NCBI GenBank assembly: GCA_965223385.1
Contig: CBDCWR010000007.1
Span: 2,498,301-2,562,300, forward strand
DNA: 64,000 bases
Reading direction: 5' to 3'
DNA from: Candidatus Multivoraceae bacterium
GTDB lineage: Bacteria > Acidobacteriota > Thermoanaerobaculia > Multivoradales > Multivoraceae
Under the pieces are notes generated by a model, which made no database searches, was not told where the DNA came from, and saw only the letters and a program-made list of their open reading frames with translations. Shown here one piece after another: positions 49,251 to 61,066 of the stretch (positions are counted from its first letter, which is position 1; every line of letters begins with the position of its first letter). A program made the translations under genes and the position numbers.

Positions 49251-49616
49251 CGCCGTCAGGAACTCGGGGCGGATGGCCTCGTCCTGGCGAATCTCGCAGA
49301 GGAGGGAGGCCTGGTCGGCGACGTGCTCGAGCCACTGGGTCATGGCCGGTTGGAGCTCACGCCAGAGATCGCGGTCGCGCTCGAAGGCGTGCACGCGCGG
49401 CTCCAGGAACTCGGCCAGCGCATCGCGCGCCTCTCCGCTCACGGGGAAGCGACACCTCGCGCAGAAGAGGCGTTCGAAGTACTGCAGAAGGTCGGGCATG
49501 GGGTCTGGCAGGCCGCGTCGGTGCGCTTCGGAACGGGACAAGAGGCTCCAGAAGCCACGGACTCCTCCCAGCGATGGGGCGGGTGCGACCGGATGTGTCG
49601 TGTGGGTCGTCGGCAT
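49197..49616 (-). CDS. Hypothetical protein (start uncertain; alternative Met at 49499).
   Basis: Non-repetitive amino-acid composition, but no RBS and no family match. Its last ~15 codons lie inside repeat copy 2, and a diverged duplicate of that tail occurs in copy 1. Confidence 0.3.
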   Translation of the reverse strand: MPTTHTTHPVAPAPSLGGVRGFWSLLSRSEAHRRGLPDPMPDLLQYFERLFCARCRFPVSGEARDALAEFLEPRVHAFERDRDLWRELQPAMTQWLEHVADQASLLCEIRQDEAIRPEFLTAARQIVSGWSSEPNTFLG

Positions 49617-49807
49617 GTGCAGCGGCGCAGCGGCAGTCGCTTGCGCCTCGGGTGCAGGTCCTTCTGGACTCCTTCACGAAAAGCACGCGCCTTTTGCGAC
49701 ACGAGCAGCACGATTCGGGGATGTCGTCTGCTCTCGCCGTAGCTCACGGCCTCGGCAGAGCTCAACGCGGACGTCGCGACGGCCGTACGCGAGGCCGGCC
49801 AGGGCTC

Positions 49808-51496
<1,689 letters not shown>

Positions 51497-51562
51497 GCGG
51501 GCTCCTCGCATCGATGGGCGTTGGACGATCGTAGCGGCGGCCGGAAGCCTATCTCGCACGGT

Positions 51563-52831
51563 CTAGGGGGACGCAGAGACGTCGTACACCCGAAGTTGGT
51601 TCTGGTTGCGCACGTAGAGGCGGCCCCCGCTGACCACGGGGTACGCCCACGCGGGGAGTCCCAGGTCGTCGATCCGGAAGCGCCCGCCTTCCTCGTAGCC
51701 GTCCGGGGTTGCTCTCGCGACAGCGACGGAGTGCCGCTCGCCCAGGAGGTAGAGCTTGCCGTCGGCGAGGGACAGCGAGCCTTTGCCCACGCTCCGAGCG
51801 CGCCAGCGGATCTCGCCGGTCGCGAGCTCCACGCAGGCGAGCGCCGGGCCGAAGAAGCCGTACACGAAGCCGTCTTTCTCGACGACCCCGCCGTGGTGGT
51901 TCTGCAGGTTCGTGCGGAACCACGCCTCCTCCGACGTCACGCCGTCGCCGGCCGCCTTGACCCGCAGCGCTCCGCCGCCGGTTCCGTACGCGGACGTGAA
52001 GAACGCGAGGTCGCCCGCGAAGACCGGCGCCGCCGCGTTGGCCGTGCGGTTGGCGGGGGTCGTGTAGCGAAACAGGAGCTCGCCGTTGTCGGCGCGCACC
52101 GCGACGCCCGCCTTCTGGGTGAAGCCGAGGATCGCGCGAACGGAGCCGACGTCGGCCGCGATGAGCGACGAGTAGCTCATGGCGTCCTTCAGATCGGTCG
52201 AGCGCCAGAGCGTCTCCCCGGTGCTGCGGTCGAGGGCCGCAATGGCTCCCTTGGAGCCGCCGGGCATGACGTACAGGCGATCGCCCTCGACGAGTGGTGA
52301 CTCGCTCACGCCCCAGCGAATGTTGCTCGATCCGAAGCGGTCGAGCATGTTGAACTGCCAGTTGACGCCGCCGGTGGCCGCCTGCAGCGACGCGAGCTCG
52401 CCCATGCCGTTGAGCACGTACACCGTGTCCCCGACCACCGTCGGCGTGGAGCGGGGACCGTTGCCTTTGTCCTGGATCAGCTTGGGCCCCAGGACGTGCT
52501 TCCAGAGGCGCTCTCCGTCCCCCGTGGACAGGGCGACGATGATGCTGTCGCTGCCTTCGGTGCCCTGCACGTAGACCCGGTCGCCGACGACCGCGGGCGT
52601 GCCGTAGCCTTCACCGAGGTCGTCGACGCCCCAGACGAGCGGCGGTCCCGCGGCGGGCCACTGATCGGCGAGGCCCGTTTCGGACGAGACGCCGGTGCGG
52701 TCCGGACCGCGGAACTGGGGCCAGTCGGATGCGGCGAGAGCGGGGCCGGCGAGCGCGAGGGCGAGGGCCGCCGCCGGCAGAAAGGCAGTGGTGCGGAACC
52801 GCGCGCAGGAGTACGTCGAGAGTCTTGACAT
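51563..52831 (-). CDS. Secreted PQQ-like beta-propeller repeat protein.
   Basis: RBS GGAGG, signal peptide ..ALALAGPALAASDWPQFRG, and repeated A.D..TG..LW / G.LY....G motifs. Confidence 0.8.
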   Translation of the reverse strand: MSRLSTYSCARFRTTAFLPAAALALALAGPALAASDWPQFRGPDRTGVSSETGLADQWPAAGPPLVWGVDDLGEGYGTPAVVGDRVYVQGTEGSDSIIVALSTGDGERLWKHVLGPKLIQDKGNGPRSTPTVVGDTVYVLNGMGELASLQAATGGVNWQFNMLDRFGSSNIRWGVSESPLVEGDRLYVMPGGSKGAIAALDRSTGETLWRSTDLKDAMSYSSLIAADVGSVRAILGFTQKAGVAVRADNGELLFRYTTPANRTANAAAPVFAGDLAFFTSAYGTGGGALRVKAAGDGVTSEEAWFRTNLQNHHGGVVEKDGFVYGFFGPALACVELATGEIRWRARSVGKGSLSLADGKLYLLGERHSVAVARATPDGYEEGGRFRIDDLGLPAWAYPVVSGGRLYVRNQNQLRVYDVSASP

Positions 52832-52926
52832 CGAAGGGCCTCCGTGTGGACGTCGAACGACGAGTCTACCGAGGGACTGTGAGGGTGTCGGATCGGTTCC
52901 CGAATCGGGACGGATGGTGCGGTCGG

Positions 52927-53376
52927 TCACGCGAGGAGATCGACGACCGCGAGGAGCCAGACCCCGGTCCAGAAGACCGCGCGGTGCACGTTGGCACGTA
53001 CGAGACGGTCGACGTAGGGGCGCGGGTCGAGGGTTGCCGTCGCGATCCGGGTGAGCGCCCGGTGTGCCGGCACCGCCTGGGCGAAGGTGGAGGCCCAGGC
53101 GGCGATCACGAGGGTCGCCGAGGCGACCGAGAACGCGTTTGGCTGCTGGAGCTGCAGGCCAACCGCCACAGCCTGCAGGATCATCAGGGGGGCGACAAAA
53201 CGGGAGATGAGACCCATGTACCTCGCGTGCCAGGAGGCCAGACTCTGCCTCCGGGTGTAGCGGAAGCTGGGGTAGATGATGCTCTGGACCAGCCAGATCA
53301 AGACCAGCATTCCGGAATCGGTGCCGATGCGTGCAATCTGGAGCACGGAGGGGTCGAGGACCTGCGACGGGCTCAT
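52927..53376 (-). CDS. Small membrane protein (DUF1772-like, 4 TM helices).
   Basis: 149 aa from M51 of the track ORF. Hydrophobic helices. No strong RBS. Confidence 0.4.
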   Translation of the reverse strand: MSPSQVLDPSVLQIARIGTDSGMLVLIWLVQSIIYPSFRYTRRQSLASWHARYMGLISRFVAPLMILQAVAVGLQLQQPNAFSVASATLVIAAWASTFAQAVPAHRALTRIATATLDPRPYVDRLVRANVHRAVFWTGVWLLAVVDLLA

Positions 53377-53495
53377 GTGGGACACTTTCGTCGTACGACC
53401 GTGAACCGATGTCGCGACCGAGGAGACGACCCCCACGGCGCGTTGCCCCGTCCGATGTCGATCCGCCCTCCGGGGCGGGAGCTGAGGAGCCCCCC

Positions 53496-55067
53496 GTGAA
53501 CAAGACCCCACGCCTCGTCCTCGCAATTCTGGTGGGTGTCGTGGCGCTGGGCGCCGCGAGCCTCCAGGCGTCCACCGATGTGATCGATACCTCGTCTGGA
53601 CCGGTGCAGGGTGTGGTCGAGGGCGACCTTGCGGTCTTTCGCGGCATCCCCTACGCGAGCGCGCCCGTCGGGGACCTGCGCTGGCAGCCGCCGCGCGCCG
53701 CCGGCTGGTCGGAGGTGCTCGACGCCTCGAGCTTCGGATCCGCGTGCCCGCAGACGCCGCGACCCGGGTTGCCCGCCGAGCGGATGAGCGAAGACTGCCT
53801 CACCCTCAACGTCTGGACCCGCAAAGACGCGCTCGGCGGAGCGTCCCGGGAGCTGCCCGTGATGGTGTGGATCCACGGCGGTGGCTTTCGCGGCGGCACC
53901 GGGGCGAGCGCAGCGGCCGACGGGTCCCACTTCGTGCGGGACGGCGCGGTGCTGGTGTCGATCAACTACCGCCTCGGCGCCCTCGGCTTCTTCGCGCACG
54001 ACGCCATCCGCAAGTCGGCCGCCGGCGTGCCTGGGGGCAACTACGGTGTGATGGACATGATCGCCGCGCTGGAATGGGTGCGGGGCAACATCGACGAGTT
54101 TGGCGGAGATTCGTCGAACGTCACCATCTTCGGCATGTCGGCGGGAGGCATGGCCGTGCAATTGCTCATGGTGGCGCCACGGGCCGAAGGTCTCTTCCAC
54201 CGGGCCATCTCGATGAGCGGCTACGGTACGTGGCCCCTCCCGCGCACGGGCGAGGCGGTGTTCGGGCACCCGCGCGCCGAGGACCTCGGCGCGCGCATCG
54301 CAACGCGCGCCGTCGGCGGCGATCCGGACGCGCCGCAGAAGATGTCGATGCGGCAGCTCCGCGCGCTCCCGGCCGAAGATCTCGTCCGGGGCGTCGTGAG
54401 CCTGCATCTGCCACTCGTCGATGGCGAGATCATCCCCGATGAGCCGGCGTCCCTGTTTGCCGCCGGCAAGCAGCACGACGTGCCGTTCATGACCGGTGGC
54501 GCGAGCTACGACGGCGCCATCATGCCGATGGCGCGGATCCCCCACGCCCCTTTTCTGGAGTCGCTGGGCGAAGACGAGGCGGCCTTTCGCGAGCTCTATC
54601 GCGACGACTTCGCGGTGAGCGACGAGCTGGGTGCGAGCCGGCTGTTCGGCGACGCACGCTACCTCGTGGCCTCGAGGTTCCTCGGCAAGAGGATGGACAC
54701 GGTGTCGTCGCCGGCTTACCTCTACTACTACCACTTCGTGCCGATGGAGAAGCGGGTCGAGTGGCCCGGCTCACCGCACGGTGCCGAGGTGCCGCCCCTG
54801 TTCGGCAACTTCCTCGCGCCCAACGGGCCGAGCGACGACGAGACGAGGCGCGTGGGTGCGCAGCTGCGCGAGGCGTTCGTGAACTTCGCGCGCACCGGGG
54901 CTCCCGCGGCGGAGGCGATGCCGGAGTGGCCCGCGTACACCGCGGAGAACGATGCGTGGATGGTGATCGGCTCGCGACCGGTCGTGCGCCGCGGAGTGAT
55001 CCGCGGACGCCTCGACCTCATCGAAGAGCGGTACCTGCGCCGGGTCAAAAGTCGATCCGGGCGCTGA
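53496..55067 (+). CDS. Carboxylesterase/lipase type B family protein (secreted), a paralog of 49808..51496.
   Basis: GTG start with RBS GAGGAG, signal peptide NKTPRLVLAILVGVVALGAASLQA, EDCLTLNVW, HGGG and GMSAG motifs. Confidence 0.8.
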   Translation: MNKTPRLVLAILVGVVALGAASLQASTDVIDTSSGPVQGVVEGDLAVFRGIPYASAPVGDLRWQPPRAAGWSEVLDASSFGSACPQTPRPGLPAERMSEDCLTLNVWTRKDALGGASRELPVMVWIHGGGFRGGTGASAAADGSHFVRDGAVLVSINYRLGALGFFAHDAIRKSAAGVPGGNYGVMDMIAALEWVRGNIDEFGGDSSNVTIFGMSAGGMAVQLLMVAPRAEGLFHRAISMSGYGTWPLPRTGEAVFGHPRAEDLGARIATRAVGGDPDAPQKMSMRQLRALPAEDLVRGVVSLHLPLVDGEIIPDEPASLFAAGKQHDVPFMTGGASYDGAIMPMARIPHAPFLESLGEDEAAFRELYRDDFAVSDELGASRLFGDARYLVASRFLGKRMDTVSSPAYLYYYHFVPMEKRVEWPGSPHGAEVPPLFGNFLAPNGPSDDETRRVGAQLREAFVNFARTGAPAAEAMPEWPAYTAENDAWMVIGSRPVVRRGVIRGRLDLIEERYLRRVKSRSGR

Positions 55068-57705
55068 GCGTGGCCGACCATCCGTAGATCTCGTCCTGGA
55101 TCGTCCGGAGCTCGTCCCCCTCGTACACGCGGTACTCCTCGTCGCCCAGGTTGATGACGTCGAGCAGGAGCGACCACTTGCCGAAGCTCTGACGCAGCGA
55201 CAGATCGAGCTGACCGTGGTCGTCCACGATCTGATCTTCGCTCGCGTCGCCTCCCACTTCGAGGATCCAGTCGCTCGTGAGGTTGTACGAAAGGCGGCCC
55301 GAAAAGCCGCTGCGCTCGTAGCTCAGGGCGAAGTTGACCACCGTGTCGGCCTGGCCCGGCAGGCGGGTGTCCGGCCGGCCCGTGTACCGCGCCTCGGAGT
55401 CGATGAAGGTGGCGTTGCCGTACAGGCCGAGCCCCGACCACGCGCCCGGAAGCGAGCGGAAGCGGTTCTGGAACGCGAGCTCCAGCCCCTGGATCTCACC
55501 GCCTTCGCCGTTCAGTGGCCTCGTCACCTCGAAGGTCTCACCGCCTCGCAGCTCTTCGCTCGTACCGAGGAACACGTTGTCGGAGATGTCCTTGTAGAAG
55601 ATGCCCGCGGAGAAGACGCCGACCGACGTGAAGTACTTCTCGTAGAGGAGGTCGAGGTTGATCGAGGTGGTGAACTCGAGATCGGGGTTCCCGCGCTCGA
55701 TCTCCAGATCCTCCTGGATGAGGAGCTGAAAGGGCACGAGATCGGAGAAGCGGGGGCGGGAGAGCGTTCGGCTCGCGGCCGCCCGGAAGTTGCTCGAGTC
55801 GTCGATCTCGTAGGTGAGGTGGACGCTGGGAAGCAGCTCGGAGCTGTCCCGCGAGCCGCGCTGGAGCGTCGTGCCGGCGAAGTCGCCGTCCTCGTCGAAG
55901 ACGAGCTCGGACGACGTGTAGTCGGTGTCGTTCTGCTCGAAACGAACGCCGCCCGCGAGCGTGACGCGATCGGTCAGGAGCGCCTCTGCCATCGCATAGG
56001 CCGCCAGCGTGTCTTCACTGGCCTCGTAGTCGGCCAGGTCCTCCTCGATGTCCTTCTCGGGCACCAGGCCGAGCTCGCGAATGAGGCGTCGCGGCGCAGC
56101 AGGGTCGATCACCTGGCCCAGCGCGTAGCGACCGTCGAAGAAGGGCGACGGATTGCGAAAGGAGTTGTCGCGGAAGCTCGCGATGGTGACGTCGTCCGCC
56201 TCGAACACGTTCACCTCGACGTCCTGGTTCTTTTCCTTGAAGCGACCCTTGACGCCGAACTTCCAGAGACCGTTCTCGCCGAGCGGGAGGCTGACGTCCA
56301 GCTGCGCCGAAAGCTCCTCGTCGGTCGTGAGGTTGTCCTCCTGCACGATGTCGTCGAGCTCGTAGCCGTCGGGATCTTCTCCGATGGCGTCGGCGATGAT
56401 GTCGTTCGGATCGATGAAGTCGGGTGTGACGTTGGTCAAGAAGGGCACGTCCTCCTGCACGAACTTGGTGTCGAGCCGGCCAGGCTCCTCCTCCTCGGCG
56501 GAGCTGAAGGCCACCTTGTACTCGAGCAACGTGCTGCCGCCGAGCAGGTTGTTGCCGCCGAAGCTGGTGGAGAGGATCTCCTGCTCCTCGTAGCGGTCTT
56601 TGAGCTCGCGCTCCACCTCGTCGTCGGCGACGACCCGTGTGTTGCGGCGGCGAAACTCCTGGTCGCCGAACTCGTTCCAGATGCCGTTCCAGCGGATCTG
56701 GGAGCTGTCGCTGACGTTGTGGTCGATGCCTGCCGTGAGACCGTAGCGCTCGCGCGTGATGGTGTAGTCGCGGAGGTCGAGCTCTTCGAGCTCACCGTCG
56801 TCGTAGGAGGCCTCGAAGTTGTCCGAGCCGCGGTCCGTCTCGAAGGCGCTCCCAGCGAGGATGACGCCCGTCCTGCCGTCGCCGAAGCGGCCGCCGTAGG
56901 TGACGTTGCCGAGTTGGATCCCGTCGTCCATCAGGTCGTTGTGACCGGCCCCGAGCGCGGCCGAGATGCGCGTGTTCTCCGGCGCGACCTTGGTGATGAG
57001 GTTGACCACACCGCCGATCGCGTCTGCGTCCATGTCGGGCGTGACCGCCTTGGTGACCTCGATGGCCTCCATCAGATCCGCCGGGATGACGTCGAGCGCG
57101 ACATCGCGGCCGCCACCCTCGGGAGAAGGCAGGCGAACTCCGTTGATCTGCACGGAGCTGTCGCCCGGTGAGGCGCCGCGGATGCTCACGTAGCGGCCCT
57201 CACCCTGGTCGCGCTGGAGCGCGATGCCGGGGATGCGCTGTGCAGCCTCCGCCGCGTTGGGATCGGGGAAGCGACCGATCTGGTCCGCTGCGACGATGCT
57301 CTTGATGTTGAGCGCGTTCTTCTGCTGGTTGAGTGCCCTCGCCTGGCCCTGCAGCTGCCAGTTGCCCTGCACGGTGAGCGCCTCCTCGAAGACGGTGCTC
57401 TCGAGGCGGATGTCGGCGGTGGCGATGCCGCCCTCCGGTACGTCGACCTCCTGGGTCACGGGATCGAAACCGAGGTACTCCACCTCGAGTGTGATCTTGC
57501 CGGCGGGCAGGCCGGTCAGGGTGTAGCTACCGTCGGCGTCAGCGGCGACCCGCGCACCACTTTCGGTCGCCGTGACGCGGGCTCCCGGGAGCGGGTTGCC
57601 GGCCGCGTCGAGGACCAGGCCTCGGACGCCGCCGTCGGCCAGCATGGCCGTTGCCGAAAGGAGGAGGAGGGAGAGGAGGAAGATGGATCGTCGGGTGGTG
57701 GTCAT
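55045..57705 (-). CDS. TonB-dependent receptor with an N-terminal carboxypeptidase-regulatory-like (CarbopepD_reg) domain.
   Basis: Signal peptide, GVRGLVLDAAGNPLPGARV...DGSYTL..LP.G, plug domain and a 22-strand barrel region. Ends with ..SARIDF (terminal Phe). Confidence 0.85.
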   Translation of the reverse strand: MTTTRRSIFLLSLLLLSATAMLADGGVRGLVLDAAGNPLPGARVTATESGARVAADADGSYTLTGLPAGKITLEVEYLGFDPVTQEVDVPEGGIATADIRLESTVFEEALTVQGNWQLQGQARALNQQKNALNIKSIVAADQIGRFPDPNAAEAAQRIPGIALQRDQGEGRYVSIRGASPGDSSVQINGVRLPSPEGGGRDVALDVIPADLMEAIEVTKAVTPDMDADAIGGVVNLITKVAPENTRISAALGAGHNDLMDDGIQLGNVTYGGRFGDGRTGVILAGSAFETDRGSDNFEASYDDGELEELDLRDYTITRERYGLTAGIDHNVSDSSQIRWNGIWNEFGDQEFRRRNTRVVADDEVERELKDRYEEQEILSTSFGGNNLLGGSTLLEYKVAFSSAEEEEPGRLDTKFVQEDVPFLTNVTPDFIDPNDIIADAIGEDPDGYELDDIVQEDNLTTDEELSAQLDVSLPLGENGLWKFGVKGRFKEKNQDVEVNVFEADDVTIASFRDNSFRNPSPFFDGRYALGQVIDPAAPRRLIRELGLVPEKDIEEDLADYEASEDTLAAYAMAEALLTDRVTLAGGVRFEQNDTDYTSSELVFDEDGDFAGTTLQRGSRDSSELLPSVHLTYEIDDSSNFRAAASRTLSRPRFSDLVPFQLLIQEDLEIERGNPDLEFTTSINLDLLYEKYFTSVGVFSAGIFYKDISDNVFLGTSEELRGGETFEVTRPLNGEGGEIQGLELAFQNRFRSLPGAWSGLGLYGNATFIDSEARYTGRPDTRLPGQADTVVNFALSYERSGFSGRLSYNLTSDWILEVGGDASEDQIVDDHGQLDLSLRQSFGKWSLLLDVINLGDEEYRVYEGDELRTIQDEIYGWSATLSARIDF

Positions 57706-57806
57706 GTCGAAGCTCCGTTCTGTGGGCCTGCGCCGAGCGCGGCCCGACGAAAGGGCAAAGAAACGAAGTGAAGGGAAGTCGTCGAGAGGTGAAACGTGCG
57801 CGGCCT

Positions 57807-58967
57807 CTAGTCGGCGGTCGTGCACTCGGCGGGCAGGAGCGGTGTGAGCTCCTCGCCGCGGATCGCGGCGACTCCGGAGTCGTCGTGGACCGCAAAAAGG
57901 GCGCCGTGCGGGTAGCCGGCGAGGGGAGTGGAGGTGAGTGCGATGCCGTCCGTGTTGGCGGTCGTGCGCCCGCGGAACGCGCCGAGGTGGGCGAAGCTCG
58001 AGCGGTCGAGCACGTGAAAGACCGTCGACGTGTCGCCCTGATCGGTCACGATCCAGGCTCCGCCGGCTCCGCACTCCCACAGGCCGATGCCCTCCGGCTC
58101 GTAGCTGAGCCACTCACGACCGAGGGTCTTCCGATGGTTGCCGTCGAGGTCGAACACCTGGACCGACATGATCGGAGTGTGCTCTTCGGCCACGAGGAGT
58201 ACGTCGTTGCGGGCATCGAGCGCGAGGCTCTCCACCTTGGCGAGCGCGGTGGGTGCGGCGGTCGGTCCGTGGAGGCTGTGACTCTGCAGCTCGAGCGTGC
58301 TCGGATGCACCACGAACCGCTGGAGACGTCCTGCGAGGTCGGTTCCCTCCTGTGCAGGCTCCGGGTCGTCCCCGGGCGCAACCTCCTGACCTGGGGCGGC
58401 AACCTCGTAGTTGTCGGTGACCCAGACCTCGATCTGGTCCGGGGTCAGTTGACGTGCCGCGAGTCCGTAGGGCCGTCGGAGCACGTCGCCGCCGAACACC
58501 CCCACCGGTGTGAGATCCGGCAGACGCAGGGCCTGGACCCTGTGGTTGTCACGCTCCACCACCAGGGCGAGGTCTGCGACGACGGCGATGCCGTTTGGCC
58601 GATCGAACTGGCCCGCCTGGGCCCCCGGGCCTCCCGAAGGAGTGCTGGTCTTCTTGCCCTCGACGTCGAGGACCCAGAGGCGATCGGTCTCTTTGGCCGT
58701 GGCGAGGAGGAGCCCCTGCGTCTCGCCCGTCCAGATCGCCAGGGAATCGATGTTCTCCGAGGGCGCATCCGCCAGGAGCAGCTGATCCTGGACGACCAGA
58801 GCATCGCCCGGATGCAGCGACGCCGCACCCGGGCTCGCGGCGCTCGGCCCGCTCCCGGGTGTGGGTGAGCAGGCGAGGGCGGTCGCGGCGGCAGCTGCGA
58901 GCGTGGCGTTTGCGAAGCGCGGCTTCGCGCGCGGGGCCAGCCGCGCCCCTTCGGTCGAGCGGCACAT
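57807..58967 (-). CDS. NHL-repeat beta-propeller lipoprotein.
   Basis: Lipobox ALACS. Repeated NHL-like blades (FDRPNGIAVVADLALVVERDNHRVQAL and others). Confidence 0.55.
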   Translation of the reverse strand: MCRSTEGARLAPRAKPRFANATLAAAAATALACSPTPGSGPSAASPGAASLHPGDALVVQDQLLLADAPSENIDSLAIWTGETQGLLLATAKETDRLWVLDVEGKKTSTPSGGPGAQAGQFDRPNGIAVVADLALVVERDNHRVQALRLPDLTPVGVFGGDVLRRPYGLAARQLTPDQIEVWVTDNYEVAAPGQEVAPGDDPEPAQEGTDLAGRLQRFVVHPSTLELQSHSLHGPTAAPTALAKVESLALDARNDVLLVAEEHTPIMSVQVFDLDGNHRKTLGREWLSYEPEGIGLWECGAGGAWIVTDQGDTSTVFHVLDRSSFAHLGAFRGRTTANTDGIALTSTPLAGYPHGALFAVHDDSGVAAIRGEELTPLLPAECTTAD

Positions 58968-59093
58968 GTCGCTCTTCTAACGGCCGGCCGCCGCGTCCGC
59001 ATGAAGATCTGGCGCACCTCTGGTGAAGTTGAAGCGAGCGGCGTCTTTACATGCGTCGCAGAGCTCACCGGCCGGCGGCCGCCCGGGCTTCGC

Positions 59094-60542
59094 CTATCGA
59101 GTGCCGTTCCCGAACCGCTCGAGGATCCAGCTCGACATGTGATCGAGCGCGACGGGAGCGATCGTCTCCTCGATCAGCTGGTACTCGTTCGGGCTCCCGG
59201 TTTGCGCCGTCTGGAAGAGGTGGTTCAGGCTCTCGAGACGGACCGTGGTCACATCCTGGTTGCCGGCTTCACCGAGCGCCTTCTCGATCTCGGGGAGGTT
59301 CTGTTCGGCGTCGACCTGAAGGTCGAGAGCGCCGTTGAGCGCCAGCACCGGCACACGGGTCTTGCGCAGCGCGGTGCGTGGGTCGAACGACAGAAAGAAC
59401 TTGAACCACGGGCTGGTCAGCTGTGAGATTCCGGCCTGGATCGCCTGCTCGCGGGCGTCACCCTCGGGCTGGCCCTGGGGGTTCACCTCGAGCTGCTTCT
59501 CGATGATCGTGCGGAGTTTCCGCGCGATCTCGTCGTCGGAGGCGTCGGAGGTTGCCACGGCGATCGCCTCCTTCTGAAGCTCGTTGAGCTGCGTCACCAT
59601 GCGCTGGGGAGTGCCGTTCGCCTCGAGGATGAGCTTCTGCTGCAGAGCGAGGATCTCGGACCCTGGAACACCGGTTCCTGCCATGAGAACGCAGAACGCG
59701 ACCTCGTCGCTACGGGCCGCGACCATCGGCGCGATCATCCCGCCTTCGCTGTGGCCGATCAGGCCGACCCGACCCGGGTCGATGCCGCTCTGCTGGCGCA
59801 GGTAGCGGACGCTCGCCAGCACGTCCGTGGCGTAGTCCTCGCTCGTCGCGGTTGCCGGGTCTCCGGTGCTCCCGCCCACGCCCCGGTCGTCGACACGCAG
59901 CACCGCGATGCCGTTGCGCGTCAGGTGGTCCGCGAGCACGAGGAACGGCTTGTGGCCAACCAGGGACTCGTCGCGGTCCTGTGCGCCGCTCCCGGTGATG
60001 AGGACGGCAGCCGGGAAGGGCCCGTCCCCTTCGGGCTTCGTGAGCGTGCCGGCCAGGGTGACGTCGCCGTTCGTGTACGTGTGCTCGCTGACCTCGTAGG
60101 GAAGCGGCAAGGCCGGCTCCTGTGGGCGCTTGGGGCGCTCGACGGCGTCACGCCCCAGCCGGAACGGCAGCGTCGCCGGCCCCTGCTTGAAGTTGCCCCG
60201 GAGCTCGCCGTCTTCGAGCTTCCCCTCGAAGGTCGGCTCACCCGGAACGCCGGAAATGCGGAAGGTCGCAGTGTCCGGGCCGATCTCGATGGCGTCGAGG
60301 GGCAGGCCTTTGGCCCCCTGCATCGGGATGTCGATCGTGCCGGTCCATGTGTCGCCGTCGCGTGTCAGGTCGACCATGACCTGCAGCGGGGTGCCGGGAG
60401 CCGAGATCTCGCCCTCCCAGTGCCCCTGCAGATCCGGACTCTGGGCGCCCGCGACCGAAACGACCAGGAGCGTGGCGAGCACGTGGAGCGCCGCAATGCG
60501 ACGCCCGATGTGCGGTTGGAAGCGGTTGGGGGTCGGCGACAT
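59094..60542 (-). CDS. Secreted alpha/beta-hydrolase (S9/dienelactone-hydrolase-like) with an N-terminal beta-sandwich domain.
   Basis: RBS GAGGAG, signal peptide, GHSEGG nucleophile elbow, and downstream Asp/His. Confidence 0.75.
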   Translation of the reverse strand: MSPTPNRFQPHIGRRIAALHVLATLLVVSVAGAQSPDLQGHWEGEISAPGTPLQVMVDLTRDGDTWTGTIDIPMQGAKGLPLDAIEIGPDTATFRISGVPGEPTFEGKLEDGELRGNFKQGPATLPFRLGRDAVERPKRPQEPALPLPYEVSEHTYTNGDVTLAGTLTKPEGDGPFPAAVLITGSGAQDRDESLVGHKPFLVLADHLTRNGIAVLRVDDRGVGGSTGDPATATSEDYATDVLASVRYLRQQSGIDPGRVGLIGHSEGGMIAPMVAARSDEVAFCVLMAGTGVPGSEILALQQKLILEANGTPQRMVTQLNELQKEAIAVATSDASDDEIARKLRTIIEKQLEVNPQGQPEGDAREQAIQAGISQLTSPWFKFFLSFDPRTALRKTRVPVLALNGALDLQVDAEQNLPEIEKALGEAGNQDVTTVRLESLNHLFQTAQTGSPNEYQLIEETIAPVALDHMSSWILERFGNGTR

Positions 60543-60663
60543 GGCGGATCTCCTCAGGAAGAGCTCACCGGGCGGTTGCCACGGATCGTGCTGGGTACGG
60601 CTCGGTGCCGCGTTCTATTCCGTGCACGGAGGCAAGGTCCACGGTGCCGGAACGCGCGCCGGA

Positions 60664-61038
60664 TCACCCGTCCGCCGGGGGTGCAGTGCACACTTCGATC
60701 GTGTGGCCGTCCGGATCGCGGAGGTAGATCTGCTCCGCACCATCGGGCCGCACCTGGCGCCGCGCGATCTGCCCGCCGCGCTGCTCCAGCGTGGCGACGG
60801 CCGCGTCCATGTCGTCGACCATGAGGGCGAAGTGGTTCGCTCCGGAGCGCGTTTGCGTGTCGCCGCCCTGGCAGATCAGATGCAGCTCCTGATCGTCTCC
60901 GAGGCGGTACCACGCGCCGGGGAAGTCGAAGTTGGGCCGTCCGATGGGCTCGAGACCGAGGACGTTCTCGTAGAACGCGCTGCTGCGAGACACGCTGGCT
61001 ACGAGGAGTGCGACGTGGTTCAGATGGATGTGCTTCAT
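60664..61038 (-). CDS. VOC-family (glyoxalase-fold) protein. An alternative TTG start at 61074 would overlap the upstream gene.
   Basis: HVALLV...FY...LG.. ... H.AL.V.D.D.A...L...G pattern. Confidence 0.6.
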   Translation of the reverse strand: MKHIHLNHVALLVASVSRSSAFYENVLGLEPIGRPNFDFPGAWYRLGDDQELHLICQGGDTQTRSGANHFALMVDDMDAAVATLEQRGGQIARRQVRPDGAEQIYLRDPDGHTIEVCTAPPADG

Positions 61039-61066
61039 GCCCGGAGTCTGGCAGCCGCGCAGCGCC

